From: Tetramitus jugosus | Taxonomy: Eukaryota > Protista > Heterolobosea | Direction of reading: 5' to 3' | NCBI GenBank assembly: GCA_937625935.1 | Contig: OW569376.1 | Span: 310,001 to 374,000 of the forward strand | DNA length: 64,000 nucleotides | Shown: piece after piece, positions 42,068-52,788 of the stretch | Numbering within the stretch: the first letter of the stretch is position 1 | Layout: each line of letters begins with the position of its first letter | Made by a program: the position numbers and the translations under genes | The notes under the pieces: model-generated | What the model was told of the DNA's origin: nothing | What the model saw: only the letters and a program-made list of their open reading frames with translations | Databases searched by the model: none

Positions 42068-45000
42068 TTATTTCTTTTGAGATTCTTTCCATTCCTTAAT
42101 CTTTTGTTTCATCTCTGTTGCTTCTTCGAGCATGTCGTGTGTTAAATGAGATCTGTTGAATGGATCTGTCTGATCATTCAACAAATGTCTCTCAATTGTA
42201 CTCCGATCAATTACAATCTTGCTGGCTGGGAGAAGAACTGGATCAGACATGAACATGAAGGTAATTGGATCAAGGAATTCGTCTGGAACATCACCCATGT
42301 CTTCTTCTTCATCGAGGATTTGTTGAGCAGCGTTTGTAGCAGCAGTTGCAAACTCTTCAAACTTGTGAATGACAGTGGGAGTTCTTGTTCCAATCTTCTT
42401 CAAGATAGCAATAACCTTGTGGAAGACTTCAGGCTTGAATGAACGAGAGTCTGTTGCAACTGCAGTCACAAATTCTTCGAACTTGGAGAAGTGAACGTAG
42501 GTGTCCACAATCTCTGAGAGCAACTCCTTTGGATTGAAGTTGTATTTCTCTGGGTTCTTGACCTTCAAGTTCTGGCATTGAGGACCTGCCAACTCAACAA
42601 GGAAAAAGTTAAGCATACTGGCAACTCTATCTCTCATCTCAGGTCTCAAGAATGGCTTTGGTACATCTCTACTCAAGTAGGACATCATATGTACAGTTTC
42701 TCTCGCAAGTTCCATGTATCCACGCAATTGTTGTTCGTCTCTTCTACGGACGGACATTTGCTGGTCATTTGGTCTTGTACCGACACCGGTTGCCTCATCG
42801 TATTCCATCTCATAATTACGGATATTGTTCAAAAGTTTCAGAGATTCATCGAGCAAGTAGGTGGCATCATTCAGCATCAAATTGAAGAACTTGACAAACT
42901 GTGTGTTCTTGTTAGTCTCAACCACAAATGCATCTCTATAGGTTTTAAATTGCCACAAGAATTTGAACAGGAGGGAAATGTAGAATCTAGGAGTGAATTT
43001 CTCATAGAATTGATGACTCGATCCAGTGTGTTCCATATCAATGTACAAGTCAATAAATGCTGGCATCAAATGCTCTTGACTTGGTTTGTGGTGCATCAAG
43101 AAGTTTTGCAGAGACATTGGCAAGTCTGTGTCTCTCGAACGATGTAATTCCTTTGGTACAAAAGTACAATACAACTCTGGTACCTTGGCTCTCACGTGAT
43201 TCTTAAGATAGTGATCATAGTGAGTAAATGTGATCAACATTGTAAGAATAAAGTCCAATTCATCACCCGAGGCCAGTGATTCAACACTTCGCTGTGACAA
43301 GAACTTGCACATTTCAATCATGTCCATAACCATAAATTCACTCAGACACTTGTATGAACGAGGAATTTGATCTGCTTGTCCAGGATCCACAATCAATTTA
43401 CCATCCTTGTTTGGTGATGCAGAGAATAGTAAAAATTGACTGGCAAATTTGTAGAACTGCAGCTGTTTCTTGTGATAGTCAGGGTCCAAAATGTGCACCT
43501 CAGCTGCAACAATCATAATCAGCATGCGTTGCATCTCTTGTTCACCTTGCGCATAATTAGGGTCATCTCTTGTAATTCTTCTCATCTCTCTTCTCAAATC
43601 ATTGTAACGCTGGAGGACATGTTGATATTTCTCCAATGTTTTCAGCGCACCAATCTTCAATGCTCTATAACACAAGAAGAAACACTCGGTAATGAAGCTG
43701 AATTCGCGACCCTTATTAAACTCATCCTTATACAGTTCTTTGGCCTCTGGTTCCGTTGCAATAATATGCGTATCATCAGAGAATGACACAAAGCTGTTCA
43801 CCATTGGATAATCACCATCAACAGTCTTGAACTTGTCCGAACCCACAAATGGTTCGCACAATCGTAGCATTAGTGAACAGAAATTGGTCAGGAATGATTC
43901 GCTGGAGCTCGCATAGACATCTTCGTGCATCTTGAGACGAGATTTGTTACCTTCTAGAACAGAGTACAACCATTGCATGGCCTGAGCTCTCGTCTCCTTT
44001 GGTCTCACAAAATTCATAAAAATCTTGTGCAAGAAATCTTGATACATTCGCACTTCACTCCTAATGGTTGTTCTCTTGAATTCCAAGTCCTGTTGTGTCA
44101 TACCATTCAATTGACCACCACCAAAGAACTGTTCACCGACCTTTGGATGATCATAGTAGGCAGACAATCGGAAGAATGGACCCAACAAGGATTGATTCTC
44201 CATGCTGGAGCCGTTCTTCACAACAGAGAGCCACTTTGGATGATTGACCATCAATTGTGCCACTTCCTTGTACTTTGTCAATCGCAACAGGCATGCCAAA
44301 TAGGGATAATAACGATCCAGGAAACTCAACTTGGAAAATTGATTGCTCAACTCTTCCAACACATTTTCAAAAACAATCTTCAGTCGCTCATTGGTATCAA
44401 TCTGTTGAATCACGTGACTCAACACTCTCTCGTCCAATTGAATTGGACTTTGGAGAGCGCCACCACTACCACCTATTCCACTCAATCCACCACTGGTTGA
44501 TTCCTGATCTTGCAACAACATGGCCAATAATTGAGTGGCAGTCATGGGTGACATGATGAAACAATCGGTTTCCGACAAGCACAACACCAAATAGTTCAAC
44601 AACAGATCAATGTACTGTTGCAAGCATTGAATTTTGTCTGGTCTGCTCTTTGCTTCACCTCTACTCTTCTCACGACTCAACTCCTCACTCGATGCAATCA
44701 TGGCACGATTGATCAATTGAATGGCGTCGCTGCACGAACGAATACTCTTCAATTTTTCAAACAAGAGCAGTTCAGCGTGTTGTTCAATGGAGAATTTTTG
44801 ATGAGGTGAGAGCAAGTGTTGTGGAATGGACAATGATGAAGTTGTTGATGATAGATTCAACGTGTTCGTCAACAAGTCGTGCTCAAACTTTTGCTGTGCC
44901 AATTTCAATTTTTGTTCATCACTCACAGATGCTGGTGTAGTAGTAGCAGTTGTTGATTTTTTGGATGGTGGTGTAGAGTCAATGTCCATTGGTTCAGATT

Positions 45001-45280
45001 GTCTTTTAATGGTGGTTGCTGGTGCAGGAGAGTGTGATGATGATGATGTTGCTTGTTGAGTAGTAGTAGGTGATGAAGAGGAGGAGGACGGAGAGGATGA
45101 TGATTTTGCTGCTGGAGAAAATCGGTTCAACATGGCCAAACGCTTGAGACGCATCTCTTCAGGTGTAAGCTGTTGTGCACCGGAGCTATTTGGATCCAAT
45201 TGCTGTGCTTGTGGTTGCTGCTGTTGTTGTTGGTCATTGTTTTCATCAGCATCACCGGCTTTCGCTTTGAAACTAAACAT
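42068..45280 (-). CDS. UFD2: Ubiquitin conjugation factor E4 (U-box)
   Basis: LLGPFFRLS, FITECFFL, EHTGSSHQFYEKF, FFNLMLNDATYLLDE, LKVKNPEKYNFNPK and U-box VPDEFLDPITF..MSDPV.LP..IDRSTIERHLL..TDPFNR. Confidence 0.96.
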   Translation of the reverse strand: MFSFKAKAGDADENNDQQQQQQPQAQQLDPNSSGAQQLTPEEMRLKRLAMLNRFSPAAKSSSSPSSSSSSPTTTQQATSSSSHSPAPATTIKRQSEPMDIDSTPPSKKSTTATTTPASVSDEQKLKLAQQKFEHDLLTNTLNLSSTTSSLSIPQHLLSPHQKFSIEQHAELLLFEKLKSIRSCSDAIQLINRAMIASSEELSREKSRGEAKSRPDKIQCLQQYIDLLLNYLVLCLSETDCFIMSPMTATQLLAMLLQDQESTSGGLSGIGGSGGALQSPIQLDERVLSHVIQQIDTNERLKIVFENVLEELSNQFSKLSFLDRYYPYLACLLRLTKYKEVAQLMVNHPKWLSVVKNGSSMENQSLLGPFFRLSAYYDHPKVGEQFFGGGQLNGMTQQDLEFKRTTIRSEVRMYQDFLHKIFMNFVRPKETRAQAMQWLYSVLEGNKSRLKMHEDVYASSSESFLTNFCSLMLRLCEPFVGSDKFKTVDGDYPMVNSFVSFSDDTHIIATEPEAKELYKDEFNKGREFSFITECFFLCYRALKIGALKTLEKYQHVLQRYNDLRREMRRITRDDPNYAQGEQEMQRMLIMIVAAEVHILDPDYHKKQLQFYKFASQFLLFSASPNKDGKLIVDPGQADQIPRSYKCLSEFMVMDMIEMCKFLSQRSVESLASGDELDFILTMLITFTHYDHYLKNHVRAKVPELYCTFVPKELHRSRDTDLPMSLQNFLMHHKPSQEHLMPAFIDLYIDMEHTGSSHQFYEKFTPRFYISLLFKFLWQFKTYRDAFVVETNKNTQFVKFFNLMLNDATYLLDESLKLLNNIRNYEMEYDEATGVGTRPNDQQMSVRRRDEQQLRGYMELARETVHMMSYLSRDVPKPFLRPEMRDRVASMLNFFLVELAGPQCQNLKVKNPEKYNFNPKELLSEIVDTYVHFSKFEEFVTAVATDSRSFKPEVFHKVIAILKKIGTRTPTVIHKFEEFATAATNAAQQILDEEEDMGDVPDEFLDPITFMFMSDPVLLPASKIVIDRSTIERHLLNDQTDPFNRSHLTHDMLEEATEMKQKIKEWKESQKK

Positions 45281-45489
45281 GTTGGAAGGAATGAATATAT
45301 GAAATAGAGGAGGAGTGTTTGATTTGAAAGTACAGGTGGTTGTGTTTGTTGTTGTGGTGTTCTGGTGCTGGTGGGCGGAACTAAATCTTTTTTTTTCGAT
45401 TTTCCATTGGATCTAGAAATCTATTTTTAGGGGAGTTTACAAAGGGAATTTTGTTGGGGCGATGATTGCAATGTATTCATCACTTCGAC

Positions 45490-46782
45490 TCACTTCTTCT
45501 TCTTTGTGATGAGCAAAGGAAAGGTCACGTTGGGTGACTTACAACGTGCGTCAAAGTTTGCCAAGTACTTTTGGTATTCTGGTTGGCATTCCTCTAAGAT
45601 TCCCTTCTCGTTCGCGCAGACAACAAGTGACTGAAACACAAATTGATCCCTGATGTATTCACAATCAGAGTATGCTGTGACATAGTTTGCTGGAACACTA
45701 AAGGAACCAACTGTGGAATCGATTGGTATCCGAAGTATTCTCTTCAAAGTGTCGTAGCTGATGGCTTCGGTTGGGAATTGATCCTGAATGGTCGAGTTGA
45801 CCTGCTGTTGTCCTTTGGACTTCAAAATCTTGTCCATGTTCGCTGTGACAGACTTGTAGACCTTTTCTCTCAGCTCTAGAGCCTGGCTAAAGTATTTATC
45901 TTGCTCATATGAAGTCTGATCATTCACGGGCAAGACTGTTGGAACGCAACGTCCATACCTCTCATAGTGAGATTTCCATAAATCGATTGCACTGTCTGGG
46001 TTGACCAGAGAGGGCCAATATCGATTCAATCGAGACCTTATGTCCGTACTCAACTTGTCTTGCTCAAACTTTACTGCACTCTTCTTGCACAGTGAATCAG
46101 GATCATCCTCCTGTGCTCTCTTTAGCTCTGTTATAATGAATCCTTGAGTATAATCCGGAAGCTTGAACTGATTCGATGGCAATGGACAATTCTTGGCCAA
46201 CGTTCCGTTTGATATGTAGCACGACGAAGGAGACCACGTAATCTTGAAACTCAATTGAAACTTTTCACCATCTCCACCACCACTGTCCATTCTCAGTACT
46301 TTGATCGATACTACAATCATTGACACAATCACAAACAACACAAACGCAATCATCAATGCATAATAAATGCGCAGTTTTCGCTGCGACGTGCTCTGTTGTC
46401 TACGATGAAACTGTTTTCCGATACGATTTCTGCGTCGACGACCAGAAGAAGGCAACAATCCACCTTCATCATCATCCTCGTCTCCTTCTTCTTCTTCGTC
46501 ATCCATATAGTCATCACCATTGGCTCCACTAGAGTCAAACAGACCAGTGTTATCATCTTCAATCATCATCATGAGATCATGATGACTATGATCTATTTTT
46601 CGTTGTTCTACAAGTTGGTGTTTCTTATTGTTGTTGGGCAGTTGTTGAATGACACTTTGATTAAGAAACAAGTTGTTTTCTTCTTCTTCGTCGTCTTCCT
46701 TGTTGTTGTTGTTGTTGTGGTGATCATCGTCGTCGTCATGAGTGTTGACAATGTGGTATTGTTGCTTGTTGCCGGGTATCAT
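45490..46782 (-). CDS. Type II membrane-anchored RNase T2-fold protein, predicted catalytically inactive
   Basis: Acidic cytosolic N-terminus and one TM, then ITWSPSSC, LNRYWPSL, LWKSHYERYGRC and KYFSQALEL; both catalytic His positions are substituted. Confidence 0.75.
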   Translation of the reverse strand: MIPGNKQQYHIVNTHDDDDDHHNNNNNKEDDEEEENNLFLNQSVIQQLPNNNKKHQLVEQRKIDHSHHDLMMMIEDDNTGLFDSSGANGDDYMDDEEEEGDEDDDEGGLLPSSGRRRRNRIGKQFHRRQQSTSQRKLRIYYALMIAFVLFVIVSMIVVSIKVLRMDSGGGDGEKFQLSFKITWSPSSCYISNGTLAKNCPLPSNQFKLPDYTQGFIITELKRAQEDDPDSLCKKSAVKFEQDKLSTDIRSRLNRYWPSLVNPDSAIDLWKSHYERYGRCVPTVLPVNDQTSYEQDKYFSQALELREKVYKSVTANMDKILKSKGQQQVNSTIQDQFPTEAISYDTLKRILRIPIDSTVGSFSVPANYVTAYSDCEYIRDQFVFQSLVVCANEKGILEECQPEYQKYLANFDARCKSPNVTFPLLITKKKK

Positions 46783-47086
46783 GATTGTGTGATCTTTCGT
46801 TGATTGATGAGCTTTCTTTGCTGTTTGTTTTGTGTGCTGCTCAGTTTATTGTTTTTGAGCCTTACCGAAGAAAAAACCTTAAAAACAACACGTGGCTAAT
46901 GGTTCGTTGGCTCTTGTTCCCTCACTACTTTATGGACAAGGAATTATACTTCTTTGTTACATCGATGTAACTGATATCACAGAACACAACTTTCTTTGGC
47001 CTTGCTCATTTCTGTTCTGTTTCAAAAAACAAAATCGAGTCGAAACTTTTTGAGATCAAAGAAATGACTTTCAAATACACACATCA

Positions 47087-49513
47087 ATGAAACCAAGTTT
47101 TGACTGTGCCTCAACAAGTAGTCTCCGTGTTGCCATGCTCCAATTATGGAATCAAAAGATGAATCTTGCCAATCTCACGAGTATCATCTCACGAATCACT
47201 TCTCATCATCAAATGAGATCAGACTTGTACTCGAGTGATCATCTCTTTCATCACATGCTCAATATTGAATTTTTTGTGAATGTTGTGGATCTAGCAGACT
47301 CTGATATCATATCACATGATGATAGTGATGCTTGTGATCGTACGACTGTGATGATCACCTGTTTTCCTATTTTAGGTCACTTGACTCTCAATGCTTCCCT
47401 GTGGACAATGACTACAACTAGAGAAGATGACGATGACAATGATACATGTTGTGTGACCATACCTTACTTGTTGGGTGTTCATCTCAGGTATCAAATCAAT
47501 GTGAATCAATGGGTGAAGTCAAGTGTTTTTAGTGTACATCAACCCATTCAAGTCAAAATAGTGTTGCCAGGTGGATTCTGTTGTTGTGTGAGAGCTCATT
47601 GGATCATTGATAGACATGTGGTCAAGAAATATTCAACAATGGGTAATGAGGACAATGAAAAGTATCATGAAAATGGCAATAATGTGGATGATATGGCCAA
47701 TGTTGCCGTGGAAGAGTATTTGAATCCGTTTTTGAGTGTTCCCTGTATCAATCTACACAATATTAGTCAGGAGATTCATGCAGTAATGTTGCGATTGTAT
47801 GTAGGAGCGTCTGAAGAGGCTTGCTTGTTGGGATTTCCTGCTAGAAAATTAGCTTCTTTTCATGGGTATTCACTAATGAATGTGGAAACTCAAAGCACAG
47901 TCGATAACGTGTCGTTGGCTCTCAATTCAATGAGCAAAGATTGCATTGTTCCATTTCGATTGACAAAGTTGCTATCTGTTGGAGATGATGTACAAAGCGA
48001 GAATGATACGAATGGCGAAGACAAAGATGAAAGCAAACAGATCGAATTGATGCCGCTCCCCCCGCTGAATTCATTTTTATTTCCTGAGGTCTATACAACA
48101 TATCATAATAGCCTTCTTGGTGAGTTGGATGAAAAATCAGCTATTTTACCAGTTCGTTCAGCACCTCAACACGCAACTGATATTCTCCAAATCTTTCCAA
48201 ATGCAAATAATCGAGCAACATTAATTGTTTATTCAGCGGAGCCAAAAGACGAGAGCATTCTTGACCAATTTGGCGATCTTGGGTTGGAAAGCGAAGATGA
48301 AGAACGAAGTTTTTCAGAGCCAGTGCGGACGTCTGCACCTGGATTAGACCTAGACAATATGAATGCACAGTTAATGCCATTATTAGTTTCCCGAGTCGGC
48401 CAACGCTATGAGCTACTGGCCTCAGAATCACAACAAGCACTTTATAAGGGAATAGCAGTGACAAACGATAAAACAATTTTCATAGGCAGTAGTTTCTGGG
48501 AGGTGAGTTCTGTACGCTGTCCAGAGGAGAAGAATCAAATCATTCAAAACTCTAGACTTCCTCGATTAGCATGTTCAATTCATAGTCCGAATGACTTCAG
48601 TTCAAAATCTTTCATTGGTATCGAAGGAATGTCCATCGCAAGTGTTGTTGAAGACTTTTGCCAAGCATCAAATGATTTCATCTCATTATTCATGTCACGT
48701 CAGATCCAGATGCACTTTTCCAAAGATTGCAAACTTTACTGGTCTTACAATGCAAATTACTCTGCTCCCAAATATTATGACTCTCAGAAGATTTTTAGTT
48801 TTAAACCCACTGACGTAGTATGGCCAATATTTAAGAGATATCGAGGGAGAAACACTTACATGAATATGAATTACAATATTGGAAGCAACGCACCCTTGAC
48901 ATTAGCCAACTTGTCGGCTCTCGTTCTCACATTCCCGAACGATGCGAATGAATCATTGATCAGTAGAGAACTTGCAAATAATATGCAAAAATTAAGTTCT
49001 AATCAGCCAGTAATTAAGCTCAATGAACAATGTAGTATGGATGTTCACTTGTGTGGTGTATCTCTCTGTGATCTAAAGTTTCGAGTGGTGGACAGCATAC
49101 CACTGCCCATCCTTAACACGAGGCAATTGCTGAATGAAGCACGACGCGTTGCTATTCGTTCAAAAAATGAAGATTTACAAACCCTTGTGGATAGCAGTGA
49201 CAAACATGGCACGATAAATGAATTGAGAGAACGATTCTTCAAAATGTGTGATGTTACGTTCATCACTGACGAAGACGAAATTCGAATTCAGTGGCCTATA
49301 TGCTTCGCCTCTTCGATACCGAATAGAATTCATATCAGCTTCTTTCACCAGAACTACTTCCAACTGAATCACAACATTCAAGTGTATGTACACGTGCATT
49401 CAGCAAAGCCCAAAAAGCGTTCGTGCAACGCTCACTATCATTTTCAAGCCAACCAGATTACCTGGAACACGGCCGAGGAGTATCCTGCCTTAATCGAAGT
49501 AAAGAACCTGTGA
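47087..49513 (+). CDS. Hypothetical 808-aa protein
   Basis: Long uninterrupted ORF; no recognised motif. Confidence 0.65.
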   Translation: MKPSFDCASTSSLRVAMLQLWNQKMNLANLTSIISRITSHHQMRSDLYSSDHLFHHMLNIEFFVNVVDLADSDIISHDDSDACDRTTVMITCFPILGHLTLNASLWTMTTTREDDDDNDTCCVTIPYLLGVHLRYQINVNQWVKSSVFSVHQPIQVKIVLPGGFCCCVRAHWIIDRHVVKKYSTMGNEDNEKYHENGNNVDDMANVAVEEYLNPFLSVPCINLHNISQEIHAVMLRLYVGASEEACLLGFPARKLASFHGYSLMNVETQSTVDNVSLALNSMSKDCIVPFRLTKLLSVGDDVQSENDTNGEDKDESKQIELMPLPPLNSFLFPEVYTTYHNSLLGELDEKSAILPVRSAPQHATDILQIFPNANNRATLIVYSAEPKDESILDQFGDLGLESEDEERSFSEPVRTSAPGLDLDNMNAQLMPLLVSRVGQRYELLASESQQALYKGIAVTNDKTIFIGSSFWEVSSVRCPEEKNQIIQNSRLPRLACSIHSPNDFSSKSFIGIEGMSIASVVEDFCQASNDFISLFMSRQIQMHFSKDCKLYWSYNANYSAPKYYDSQKIFSFKPTDVVWPIFKRYRGRNTYMNMNYNIGSNAPLTLANLSALVLTFPNDANESLISRELANNMQKLSSNQPVIKLNEQCSMDVHLCGVSLCDLKFRVVDSIPLPILNTRQLLNEARRVAIRSKNEDLQTLVDSSDKHGTINELRERFFKMCDVTFITDEDEIRIQWPICFASSIPNRIHISFFHQNYFQLNHNIQVYVHVHSAKPKKRSCNAHYHFQANQITWNTAEEYPALIEVKNL

Positions 49514-49806
49514 CATAACATGTAGGAATATGTTGTGCTTACAGGTTGTTGCTTGAAACACAGTAAGGTATCGTTCGATATTCCCGTGTGCCTTTCTTTG
49601 AGGTCTTCCACTGTCTACTAATGACTACCACTTTGAATCGAGAACTGTTCTTTGCTTTACATCTCAATCCCGTGAAGTCAGACACTGGAAATCTCCTCAA
49701 TACAACAGAGAAAATACCAACCATCGGACAATCCCTTCAAAAACGCATCAGATCCACCAGCAATAAAAAATTGTGGTTGATTCACAAGCAAACCACAAGA
49801 AAAAAT

Positions 49807-51222
49807 ATGATGAGCATAACAGTGTTAACAAAAGATGATGAATCTCTTGCACCAACCCCAACGAGTGAGAATAACACGATCATGGTTGCACCCAACAAGA
49901 ATGGTGATCACATGGAAGATGATAATGAAGAAGAATTCATTGATCCAAACGAACAATTTTACTATTATTCTTCCACTGAGGATCGCGACGATGAAAACGA
50001 GAATGAACAAGAGGAACAAGGAACATCTGAACAACAAGATGATGGTAGTGAACAACCGTATCAATTGATCAAGGGTACACTGGCTCAGAATTTGATGGAA
50101 AAAATTGTTCGAAACAAGATTATTGCCTGCACGTACTATAAGCTTCACTGTTTTGGTTTGACTGCGGAAACTATGATTGATCGCGCCATGGAATTGGAAT
50201 CTGTCGGAGGAACTTTTGGCGGCAATCGAAAACCTACGGCTTTTCTGTGTCTGTTGTTCAAATTGCTTCAAATTCAACCGGAGCGTGAAATTATTTTAGC
50301 TTATATTACGAATAGGAATCACAAGTATGTGACAGTGTTGGGTGCAGTGTATTTGCGGTTGACTGGCAAACCAGTGGATGTCTACACGTATTTAGAGCTA
50401 TTGTACAGTGATTATCGAAAGATTGTGAAACAACGAGTGAATGGAAAGTATGAATTGGTGCATATGGATGAGATTGCAGACGAGTTGTTGACGAGCAATT
50501 ATATGTTTGATATGAATTTACCATATTTGCCGAAACGGAAGCTGTTGGAAGATGCGGGTCAATTGGATCGGAGAGTGAGTGTGCTCAGTGAGCAACAATT
50601 GGAGCAGATGGCACTCGAAGAAACCAAAGAAGCGAAGCAACGAGACGAACAGAACAAAAATAGAGGTGATGAGAGGAGTAATGTCCGTACAGACAAGAGT
50701 CTGCGCAACACTGAATACGACAAGAGAGAAAATAGAGATTATAGGAGGAGCGATCGATATGAGGAGGAACGAAAAAGTGAGCGCCGGTATGAAGACAACA
50801 AGTATTATGATCGAAGAGATGATCGCCGACGTGACTCGCGAGATGTTGAGTATGATAATAGGGACCGTCGTGGTCGTGATGAGTATGATCGAAGTGACCG
50901 ACGAAGAGGAGAAAGGCACGAAACAGATCGATATCATCGAAGTCACGAACGCGCTGATGAATATGATCGATATGAACGGAGCGATCAGAGAAGGGACTAC
51001 AGACGCGATACTAATGATGGGTCTATGACCCACCGTGGGCGTCGTGATCACCCTCATGATGACAAATCGAATCCCAGGGATGCGCGTGGACGCACAGATG
51101 ATGTTGTTCCCTATTCAAAGTACAGTCAAACACACAAGAAACATTCGAATGAGTTGTCCATGTCAGTGGAAGATACTAATAAACTGCGAGCGAAGCTGGG
51201 TCTGCGCCCACTGAGACTCTAA
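49807..51222 (+). CDS. PRP38: Pre-mRNA splicing factor PRP38A with RD-rich tail and C-terminal HIND
   Basis: KGTLAQNLMEKIVRNKI..YYK.HCFGLTA, GGTFGGNRKPTAFLCL.FKLLQIQP, KYVTVLGAVYLRL and DYRKI; tail SMSVEDTNKLRAKLGLRPL. Confidence 0.95.
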   Translation: MMSITVLTKDDESLAPTPTSENNTIMVAPNKNGDHMEDDNEEEFIDPNEQFYYYSSTEDRDDENENEQEEQGTSEQQDDGSEQPYQLIKGTLAQNLMEKIVRNKIIACTYYKLHCFGLTAETMIDRAMELESVGGTFGGNRKPTAFLCLLFKLLQIQPEREIILAYITNRNHKYVTVLGAVYLRLTGKPVDVYTYLELLYSDYRKIVKQRVNGKYELVHMDEIADELLTSNYMFDMNLPYLPKRKLLEDAGQLDRRVSVLSEQQLEQMALEETKEAKQRDEQNKNRGDERSNVRTDKSLRNTEYDKRENRDYRRSDRYEEERKSERRYEDNKYYDRRDDRRRDSRDVEYDNRDRRGRDEYDRSDRRRGERHETDRYHRSHERADEYDRYERSDQRRDYRRDTNDGSMTHRGRRDHPHDDKSNPRDARGRTDDVVPYSKYSQTHKKHSNELSMSVEDTNKLRAKLGLRPLRL

Positions 51223-51383
51223 GTCAGTAGAACAACATGAAATTTAAAAGTCTGAAGAGTTTAATGACAAGATGGAACTCAATAGAATCACATGTGTACA
51301 GATCTGCCAAGCGATTTGAGTCCAATGTTCTGTTCAATCTCAACAAAAGAGTATAGTCCTCTGATTGATTCATTGAATCTCAT

Positions 51384-52484
51384 TTAGTCTTGTTTCGTGT
51401 GCTTGGTGAAACCAGCTGCATCTTCCTCATCGGCAGTTGGCTCCACTGTCGTCATCTTCTTGTTCTTCTTGTGTCTGATATCGCCAGGTACATTCCCACC
51501 AGCCGACAATGTCTTGATCAACAGTTTCACAATCATTGAGAACCAATAGACGTGCAACACGAGCAGCACCAACAACAAAGTGTTCAAAAAGTGATAAGTA
51601 CTGATACAGTATTGATTCACACAGAGTCCATAACTACTACACTCAATGGGAGAGGCAGCATTGGGCACATGACGGTACAAAAAGTGAGTACCTGGCCAGT
51701 GCAATCTCTCTGGATTCGTATACAAGCGATAAATGATACGAGGGAACAGGACCAATCTCAATCCAAAGAACGACAGAGTAAATATGAAAAAGAGCACATT
51801 GGCACTCATTTGCTTCTTTGCAGAGTGCATCATCTTTGCAGAGTAGAGGAAAATGTCCACCACATCATGCAAAATCAAAATGATACTGCCCACTCGATGA
51901 TGCATGGTAAACACTGATAAAAAGATGAGGGCAATCGTAGAGGCATGATGCACCAACATCTCATTAAAGTCCTTCATTCGTTCATCGACAAACACGAGTG
52001 CAAAAATGGCTTGCAAATAAAATGCACATCCAACCAGTGCATACAGCTTGAGCAATGGAGTGTTTGATCCAGCTGCAAAATCAGCCAAATGACCACTGGG
52101 AAACTCTAAAAACAAGTAATTCAAATCCCAGAACCAACTTGCATTCCACAAGACTACCAATCCAAACGCAACAATCACTGGATGATAAAGAGTGAACCAG
52201 GCACTTTCACAGAATCGATGAATTTCTTCATGGGCAACCTTCCATCGTATAGCCAACGGTTTGAACAAGAATCGAGTCAATACTCGTCTCACCAAAAACA
52301 ACAAGAGAGCAGACAACAGAATGACAGACAGGTCCTTGGACTCAAAGTTCCAAATTCGATCATTGGGGGAGACTGGAGCTTTGGCATCGAAAAAAGAGTT
52401 GCTAAGAATGACGCACCAAGGTACGTAGCTGCTGTTGGAAGCCAGAGAGAATGAATGATTGTTTTTCACAATGGTATCACACAT
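51384..52484 (-). CDS. LAG1: Ceramide synthase (LAG1/LAC1, TLC domain)
   Basis: RFCESAW and the Lag1 motif RMKDFNEMLVHH...GSIILILHDVVDIFLYSAK; LHVYWF. Confidence 0.93.
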   Translation of the reverse strand: MCDTIVKNNHSFSLASNSSYVPWCVILSNSFFDAKAPVSPNDRIWNFESKDLSVILLSALLLFLVRRVLTRFLFKPLAIRWKVAHEEIHRFCESAWFTLYHPVIVAFGLVVLWNASWFWDLNYLFLEFPSGHLADFAAGSNTPLLKLYALVGCAFYLQAIFALVFVDERMKDFNEMLVHHASTIALIFLSVFTMHHRVGSIILILHDVVDIFLYSAKMMHSAKKQMSANVLFFIFTLSFFGLRLVLFPRIIYRLYTNPERLHWPGTHFLYRHVPNAASPIECSSYGLCVNQYCISTYHFLNTLLLVLLVLHVYWFSMIVKLLIKTLSAGGNVPGDIRHKKNKKMTTVEPTADEEDAAGFTKHTKQD

Positions 52485-52788
52485 GATTTGGATGTTGTTA
52501 ATGTTAAATGGTTGATGATGATGATGGCGATTATTTGAATGAGTTGGGTATGTGAGTGAGTTATATTAGGTGTTATTTCGGTTAGTTGTGCTCGCCAGAG
52601 CTAAAAGTGTGTGCTCAGTGGTAGGAGTTCAGCGTACGATCGAGGGAAGAAGAGTCGAAGAAAACACTCCGCCTTCAAAGTGGGTGGGTTTCTGCGACGC
52701 AATGTCGGGCTAGATTTCTGAACGTTGGAAGCAAAAGCTTGATGTGTGACATTGGCCGCACGCATCGGATTAAAAACTACAGTGCCAT

